Of a stretch of 64,000 nucleotides of DNA, positions 7,916 through 15,600 are shown piece by piece (position 1 is the first letter of the stretch; each line of letters starts with the position of its first letter). The translations under genes and the position numbers were made by a program. The DNA comes from Bacilli bacterium (GTDB taxonomy: Bacteria > Bacillota_I > Bacilli_A > RF39 > UBA660): positions 202-64,201 of the forward strand of contig JAUVZX010000004.1 in assembly GCA_030602345.1 (NCBI GenBank), written 5' to 3'. The notes below the pieces were generated by a model that was not told the DNA's origin, made no database searches, and worked only from the letters and a program-made list of their open reading frames with translations.

Positions 7916-8620
7916 ATGGCGAAGACGATTAAAGCAAAATCAAAAAAATTACAAAGACGTGATCTTTTAATTAAAAGAATAACAAGAGTAATAATAATCT
8001 TGTTTTTAATCTTGCTTTTTTTCTATATAATAATCGGTTCAATGTTTAAGGGAGGTAGATTTTTTATCGCGGTCGATCCTAACTTTTCACTAGAAACCGG
8101 AATCTTTATGTATGATGACAAAGAAATTAAAAATAATAAACCGTTGCTATACGTTGATGAGATAGATTTTATGGATAATATTTCTGTTAATTGGATTCCA
8201 AAAGATATTGGTGATCACCCTGGGGGAAGTCATAATGGTCAAAATTATATTGCCTATACATTTTATTTGGAAAATTTTGGTAAAAGAACAGTTGATTATT
8301 GGTATGAAGTAAATATTGAAGATGTTATTAAAAATGTTGATGAAGCAATTAGATTTATGATTATTTTAAATGGAGAAACTAATATATATGCTAAGGAGAA
8401 TAAAACAACAAAAGAAGCAGAACCTGGAACTATAAAGTTTTTTGATAAAAACAAACCAGTATTAGCAAAAAGAGAATTAATGAAATCTGGAGATGTTGAT
8501 AAATTAACAATTGTGATTTTTTTAGAGGGTGACGATCCAGAATGTACTGATGACATACTCGGTGGAAAAATTAAAGCTCACATGAGAATTGTTGAAAGTC
8601 ATTTAGATCAGGAAAGTTAA
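7916..8620 (+). CDS. membrane-anchored member of the large TasA-like subunit family (candidate fibre base/anchor)
   Basis: 234 aa. Basic cytoplasmic N-tail, then TM (VIIILFLILLFFYIIIGSMF) without a FAWF-type motif. Shares YIAYTFYLENF and C-terminal LTIVIFLEGDDPECTDD blocks with 8622..9596 and 22179..23162. Confidence 0.45.
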   Translation: MAKTIKAKSKKLQRRDLLIKRITRVIIILFLILLFFYIIIGSMFKGGRFFIAVDPNFSLETGIFMYDDKEIKNNKPLLYVDEIDFMDNISVNWIPKDIGDHPGGSHNGQNYIAYTFYLENFGKRTVDYWYEVNIEDVIKNVDEAIRFMIILNGETNIYAKENKTTKEAEPGTIKFFDKNKPVLAKRELMKSGDVDKLTIVIFLEGDDPECTDDILGGKIKAHMRIVESHLDQES

Positions 8621-8621
8621 G

Positions 8622-9596
8622 ATGAAAAAAAATAAAAAAGTAATTTCTATAATATGGTTTTTATTCACTGCGATAATGCTGTCGTTTAGTTCGTTCGCTT
8701 GGCTATCAACAAATAGAGTATTAGGATTTCAATCTTTTAATATTCATATCGCTTCAAGAGGAGGAATCGAAGTCTCTGTCGACGCAGTTGATTGGAAATC
8801 AGTTATGACTTTAACTGATTTGATTCAAGCTAATCAAACATATCCAAGTAGTACAAATCAAATTCCTAGATTATTGAGACCGGTTTCTACTTCTGGCGAA
8901 GTTGAAAATGGTAGATTAAGAATGTTCTCAGGAAGAGCACTTTATGATTATGCATCATCTAACATGATAATTGCAGCAGAAAGAAGTAATGAAAGAGAAG
9001 GTTTCGGTCAAAATAGTAATGGTGCTTTTATAGCTTTTGATTTATTTTTTAGAAATCAAACAGATATGACCTTATTTTTAAGCCCGGCATCGACAATAAC
9101 ACCTATTGGTCAATCATCAGGAATTGAAAATGCTTTAAGGGTAGCTTTTTTAAAACAAGGAACGCTTCCTTCTACGGCTAACTTAAGAGACATTCAAACA
9201 ATGTCTGGTGCAAATTCATCAATCATCTGGGAACCCAATTATGAAAGACATACAGAGTCTGCAATTGCTCATGCAAGGGATACATATGGATTAAACATTA
9301 GTAATAATTTTAATAGAATTATATATAGTGGTATTAGAAATGAGATTTTATCTTTTGAAAGAATATCTTTAAGAGGTTCAAATGCTTATAATTATCCCAA
9401 TAAATTTAGACAAGTTTCTGTTGATATAGCAACGAGATCTAATTTTAATAATTTAGAAGAAATAATGATAATCAATCCGGGTATAACAAAAGTTAGAATA
9501 TATATTTGGATTGAAGGACAAGATATAGACTGTGAAGATAATGCTTCGTTAGGGAGTTTGTTAATAAATTTACAATTGAGTGCTGAATACTTATAG
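8622..9596 (+). CDS. large TasA-like secreted subunit (paralog of 22179..23162)
   Basis: 324 aa. N-terminus KKNKKVISIIWFLFTAIMLSFSSFAWLSTNR. Blocks GGIEVSVDAVDWKS, AFIAFDLFFRN, IIWEPNYERHTESAIAHARDTYGL and KVRIYIWIEGQDIDCEDN all align with the 22179 paralog. Confidence 0.6.
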   Translation: MKKNKKVISIIWFLFTAIMLSFSSFAWLSTNRVLGFQSFNIHIASRGGIEVSVDAVDWKSVMTLTDLIQANQTYPSSTNQIPRLLRPVSTSGEVENGRLRMFSGRALYDYASSNMIIAAERSNEREGFGQNSNGAFIAFDLFFRNQTDMTLFLSPASTITPIGQSSGIENALRVAFLKQGTLPSTANLRDIQTMSGANSSIIWEPNYERHTESAIAHARDTYGLNISNNFNRIIYSGIRNEILSFERISLRGSNAYNYPNKFRQVSVDIATRSNFNNLEEIMIINPGITKVRIYIWIEGQDIDCEDNASLGSLLINLQLSAEYL

Positions 9597-9604
9597 GAGG
9601 TCAC

Positions 9605-12600
9605 ATGAAAAAAAAGATTAAAGATAATCAAAGAAAATTATATATATTGTTTTCATTTTTATTTTTAGTTGTTTTTTCTGTGACTTTTTCTTTAACTTAT
9701 GGTCAAAGAAATGACCCATCAATAGTATTTATTGATGATAAACTTAATGGTGTAATTGAAAATGTAGTTCACATAAATGATTTGAATGCTGATTATTATT
9801 ACTATAAAGGAATGAATTTTACAAATAGTGGTGACGGTTCTTTACCGACTATAAATGATAAGAATGTTTATCCTGATAATAGATTGGTAGAAGTTCAAAT
9901 AACTTATAGTGGATTCGATCCAAATAGTGGGTACAGAGGTTATGTATCTTTGGGAGAACTTCAGGATACTTTCATTTATTATAAAGTTTTTCCTGTCAAT
10001 GATAATGGAACCCCATCAAATTTAAGTGATGATTATATTGAAATAGAATTAATTGAAAATCCTTTTACTAATAGGCCTACAAATAGAGGTTTTAATGGTT
10101 GGAAAACTAGTTATAGTGGAGCAGAAATTAGTCTTGATAGAAGTTATTATATAAGATATGCAAAAGTGCCAGTTTCGTACTCAGGTCAAAAACCTAACAA
10201 AGTAGAAATTAATTTTAATGCAACCTGGATACCAGCTTCTGTTTCGTTAGTTAACAGCAGTAGAACATGGGCAACTGCTTTTAATGATTTAGATACCGTA
10301 GGAATGAAGTCTGTTCAAACAGTAGTTGGACAAACACCGCTTCCCTTAAATATGAATGGTTATTTTAGAGAAGTAACGGTTAATTATAATCAGTCATATA
10401 TTGGATATTATGATGGAGGCGGAAATATAATTGAAGATCCCTCAAATCCAAGTTTTTGTGTGGAATGGTTTGTTCCTGTTGGGGCGGAATATTATAATGC
10501 TAGTGGTACTCTTCAAATAACACAAGCTGGAAGCGGAACCATCTGTTCTAAAGCAGGAATGATAGTTTTTAAAGATGATACAACCTATTCTAATATAGCA
10601 ACTTCAGGCGGACAGTTTAATGTTTTAGTTGTAGCTGGTGGAGGTAGTGGAGCTAGATCGAGTAATACCAGTGCCGGAGGCGGTGGAGGAGGAGCCGGAG
10701 GATTAATTCTTCGAGAGGAACTCTATATTGAATCTGGTAACCAAACATTAACAGTCGGTTCTGGTGGAATTGCCAACCCATCTTCTGAAAGAAACAATGG
10801 TCGAAATGGAGATGATACTATAGCCTTCGGTCTTCAAGCAATTGGAGGTGGAGGCGGAGGAGCAACCTCAAATGGATTGACTGGATTAACTGGAGGTTCT
10901 GGTGGAGGAGGAGGAGCCAGAAATGGTTCTGGCGGAAGCGGCACCTCTGGACAAGGAAGTAACGGAGGAAATGGTTCTCCTGCAAACACTGGAGATAACG
11001 GTGGAGGAGGAGGAGGAGGATTCTCTCAAGTTGGTGGAGTCGGAACTACAAACGGTTCTGGTGGAGCCGGCGGAAACGGTTTTAACGGTTCTTCATTATT
11101 TGGAACAAGCGTTGGTGAAAATGGTTGGTTTGCTGGTGGAGGAGCCGGCGGAATTTCTGGTTCTCGAACTATGGGTCTTGGTGGACTTGGTGGAGGCGGA
11201 AACGGTGGTATCGGAACTACAGCAGGTCAAAGTGCCATGGCAAATACCGGAGGCGGAGGAGGAGGATCTCCTCGTTCTAACTTTGGTGCCGGAAATGGTG
11301 GTTCAGGTGTTGTCATTGTCCAATGGGATGAGAGCATTCAAACAAGAATTTGTGATAATGTAAATGGATGTACTTTCTACGAAGTTATAGGAAATGAATA
11401 CTATAATTCTTCTTTAACATATTATGAAGTTGTAAATGGTCGATTAGAAGAAGTTAATCCTGATAATTTACCTTTCGAATATGAACCAACATATTCTGAT
11501 GATTTTACTCCAAGTTCAAATATGTCAACTTTTTTTAGATTAATAAATATACCCAGATTTAGTTCTGTTGAAGGATATTATGATAATTTAGGTAATGTTC
11601 AAAGTGGAACTTGTAGCACTATTGGAGGATGTAATTTATATGAATTAATCCAATATAGAAACAGTTCAAATCAATTAGAAACAATAAATCAATATGAAAC
11701 ATATTATTATTTACCTACTAGGGATACCAATATAATTGTTATGACTACTAATTTAAGTAATACTTGGGGAACGGCACAAACAAAACCCTTTACACTAACA
11801 AGTGTTCATAATGGTGTCGATTATCGTGGTTCTGTATTATGGACAGTTAACTTAGCGGTTAATACATATGGAGATACGAATATTGAAAATATTAGAATGA
11901 CTACGACTGAAGCGGCGAATAATACAACTCCTCCATCATCAGGGACAACGACAACGAGAAATTTTTATGGAAGATGGAATAATATAAGGTTTGGTCGAGG
12001 GATTACTCAAAATGGAACTCAAACTAACTTTAGAACAATAATTGGTGGAGCAAATGCAGCAACAGGAAGTAGTTCTAATATAACTAAATATCGAGTTATT
12101 GTTGAGTCAGGAAGATATAGCACTTTTTCTTTAGGAAATAGTGGTGGAACCGCTAATACTTATATTGAAAATAAAGCAATATATGGAAATGATTACGATA
12201 GAGTAACCCAAAATAATAATAATTTATATGTTAACTTTGTTGCATCAGGTAGCTGGGGAGGAAACGTTTATTCTTCTTCCAATACAGCGCCTATTTTCGA
12301 CTTGGTTGTCAAAAGTGGAGAATTTGGTGGAGGAAGGTCAGATCATACGACTGGAATTTATGTTGGAGGACGTGGAGGAGGAACTCATTATGGTCCACGT
12401 GTTGCTAAGATAGAAGGTGGCTGGATTTATAATTTAATCGGGGGACCTCTAACAGCATCAACTAAAGGAAATTTAAATGACTCCTTGATATATATGACTG
12501 GGGGAGAAGTCGATGTAATAATCGGAGGAGCCGGAACGTCTGCTACTTTTGGTCACAGAATTATCCAAGTGACTGGAGGAAGAGTAAATTATTCCGTATT

Positions 12601-15600
12601 TGGCGGAAGTAATGGTTATGATGGTAGTGGTACCGATGGAACAGTAAGAGGAAGTTCATATATTTATATAGGTGGACTAGGTGTTATAGGTAATCCAACC
12701 TTGGTAGCAAACAATTCAAGTTTATGGGGAGCAGAAGCTGGTTCCGTTTTTGGGATAGGAAATGGTAGAAGTGGATTTGCTTCGATAGGTTCATCGGATA
12801 ATTCAAATATAGTAGTTCAAGATGAGGCTGTAATAAATGGAAATATCTATGGTGGTGGTAATTTTGGTGCCACAGGTATATCAAGTGGAACTAATTCAAC
12901 ATATAGTAATATTAAATTAATTGGCGGAACGATTAAAAAAGATGTCTATGGTGGTGGAAATAACAATGGAGCAGGTAATGCAAGTGTTAGTGCAACCATA
13001 AATATTGATTTGTTAGGAAGCGATGTTGAAGGAAATATATACGGAGGAAGTAATACTTTAGGAACTATCTTCGGTGATGTTAATTTAAATATTGTAGAAG
13101 GAACCGTTGATAGCAATATCTATGGAGGCGGAAAAGGTGGTTATTTAAATTCATCTAATCCAGGCACTTATGTAAGAAATAATGTTGTTATTAGTGTTGG
13201 TAATGCAAGTGTTGGGCCTACTATATTAGGAAACATCTATGGAGGAAGTGCCTATGGTTCCGTAAACACAATTAGTCAGTCTACTGCTCAATCTTCCGAT
13301 GGCATAACCTTAAATATAAATAATGGTACTATAGGAGAAGATATATATGGTGGGGCAAAAGGAGATAGTACATATTCTCCAAATGTTGCAGGAACAATCA
13401 ACCTTAATTTTAATGATGGGACAGTTACCGGAGATATATATGGTGGAAATGATGCTAATGGTAGCATATTTAGAACAAGCACCGTTTATTTAAATGGCGG
13501 AACAGCTAGAAATGTTTATGGTGGAGGAAATCAAGTTGGTATAAGTTCTACCGATGTTAGACTTCAAGGTTCTAGTGTTAATAGAATATATGGTGGATCA
13601 AATCTATCTGGAAATGTTAATACTACAAATATTGTTTCTTCAAGCGGAACAGTTGATTATATTTTTGGAGGAAACAATGAAGGTGGATATGTTAACGCTA
13701 CAACGCTAAATATTACTGGAGGTAATATAAACAATGCTTTTGGTGGAGGAAGATTTGCCAATGTTGGAAGCACTAATATGACGATAAGTGGTTCAGTCAC
13801 CAATATCTATGGAGGCGGCCAGAATGCTGATGTTAGTTCAGGGACAACAATCAATATAAGTGGAGGAACGCATCAAAACGTTTATGGAGGATCAAATCAG
13901 GCTGGAACAGTACCAACATCAAATATAACTATAACAAATGGTAATATAAGTAATTTATTCGGAGGAAACAACCAAGGTGGACAAACCAATAATACAACAG
14001 TAAATATAAGCGGGGGAACCCATGGAAGTGTCTATGGTGGAGGTAGATTAGCCAATTCAGTAAGTACATCATTAACCGTTGGGAATGCTAATACAACTAA
14101 TATCTATGGAGGCGGACAAGATGCCGATGTAACCTCGGGAACAACCATAAACATAAATGGCGGAACACACGGAAGTGTCTATGGAGGCTCAAATCAAGCA
14201 GGAATAGTACCAACATCAAATATAACTATAACAAATGGTAATATAAGTAGCTTATATGGTGGAAACAATGAAGGTGGACAAACTAATAATACAACACTAA
14301 CTATAAGTGGAGGAACACATGGAAGTGTCTATGGAGGCGGAAGACTAGCAAACGCAACGAGCACTTCATTAACAATAGGAAATGCTACCACAACCAATAT
14401 CTACGGAGGCGGCCAAAATGCTGACGTTACTTCTAGTACAACACTAACTATAAATGGAGGAACACACGGAAGTGTCTATGGAGGATCAAACCAAGCGGGA
14501 ATAGTACCAACATCAAATATAACAGTAACAAGTGGTAATATAACAAATTTATATGGTGGAAACAATCAAGGTGGGCAGACAAATAACACAGTCCTAAATA
14601 TGAGTGGAGGAACACACGGAAGTGTCTATGGAGGCGGAAGACTAGCAAACACAACGAGCACTTCATTAACAATAGGAAATGCTACCACAACCAATATCTA
14701 TGGAGGTGGACAAAGCGCAGATGTTGTTTCTGGAACAACTTTAAATATAAGTGGAGGAATCCACGGAATTGTTTACGGTGGATCAAATCAATCTGGGACG
14801 GTTGGATCAACAGTTTTAAATGTTTCGAATACTACAATTAACCAATTGTATGGCGGAAATAACGAAGGCGGAACGACCTTAAATACAACTTTAGAGATAG
14901 ATAATTCTAATATAGGTGATATCTATGGAGGCGGAAATACGGCAAATGTTCTTAATAATACAAGTTTAGTTATTGAAAATTCAGAAGTATCAGGATTTGT
15001 ATTTGGTGGAGGAAATAATGCCCCTGTATTGGGGAATTCTTTAGTTAGGGTAGACGATACGAGCATTTTAGAAAGTGTATATGCTGGAGGGAATGGTCAA
15101 TTAGCTGTAGTTCATGGTGATACAACCGTTTATGTAGAAGGAAATACTGTAATTGATAATCATTTGTTTGGTGGAGGAAATGCCGCTAATACAGGAGTTT
15201 TAGGAAGTAATAACTCGGTTGGCACTGTAGTTGTATCGGGTGGTACAATTGGAGGAAATGTATACGGAGGAGCCAATACTGCAGTACTATATGGAACAGC
15301 AAATGTTTATATTGGTTATGGTTATACGGGCATAACTTTAGATGAAAAAAATATTTTAATTGAAGGAACAGTATTTGGTGGAGGAGAAGCTAATGCAGCT
15401 GGAGATGAAAATTACGACTTCTCATTCATAAGTGTTACAAATGGTATTACTATAAACATAATTGGTGATCAGGTTAGAAATCTTAGAATTTTAGGATCAA
15501 TATTTGGAAGTGGTAATGCATCTTCTACAACTGGTTATAGTTCTATAAATATTGAAAATTATGGTTCTATTATGACTCCAAATAGAAATATTTCTATACA

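Noticed and set aside
10902-11363. 153-aa E/V/L-rich ORF in an alternative + frame, plus other short ORFs overlapping the giant gene (12228..12413, 12684..12884, 13288..13482, 14448..14672, 15559..15899).
   Set aside because: They are frame-shifted or antisense readings of GGN-rich and tandem-repeat coding DNA (GGA GGA read as GAG GAG, for example). They lack RBSs and lie wholly inside a long, well-supported CDS.
13745-14935. Regular 297-nt periodicity as a possible CRISPR array or satellite.
   Set aside because: The units are contiguous, with no spacers. They are far longer than CRISPR repeats, in frame, and encode a coherent protein repeat.
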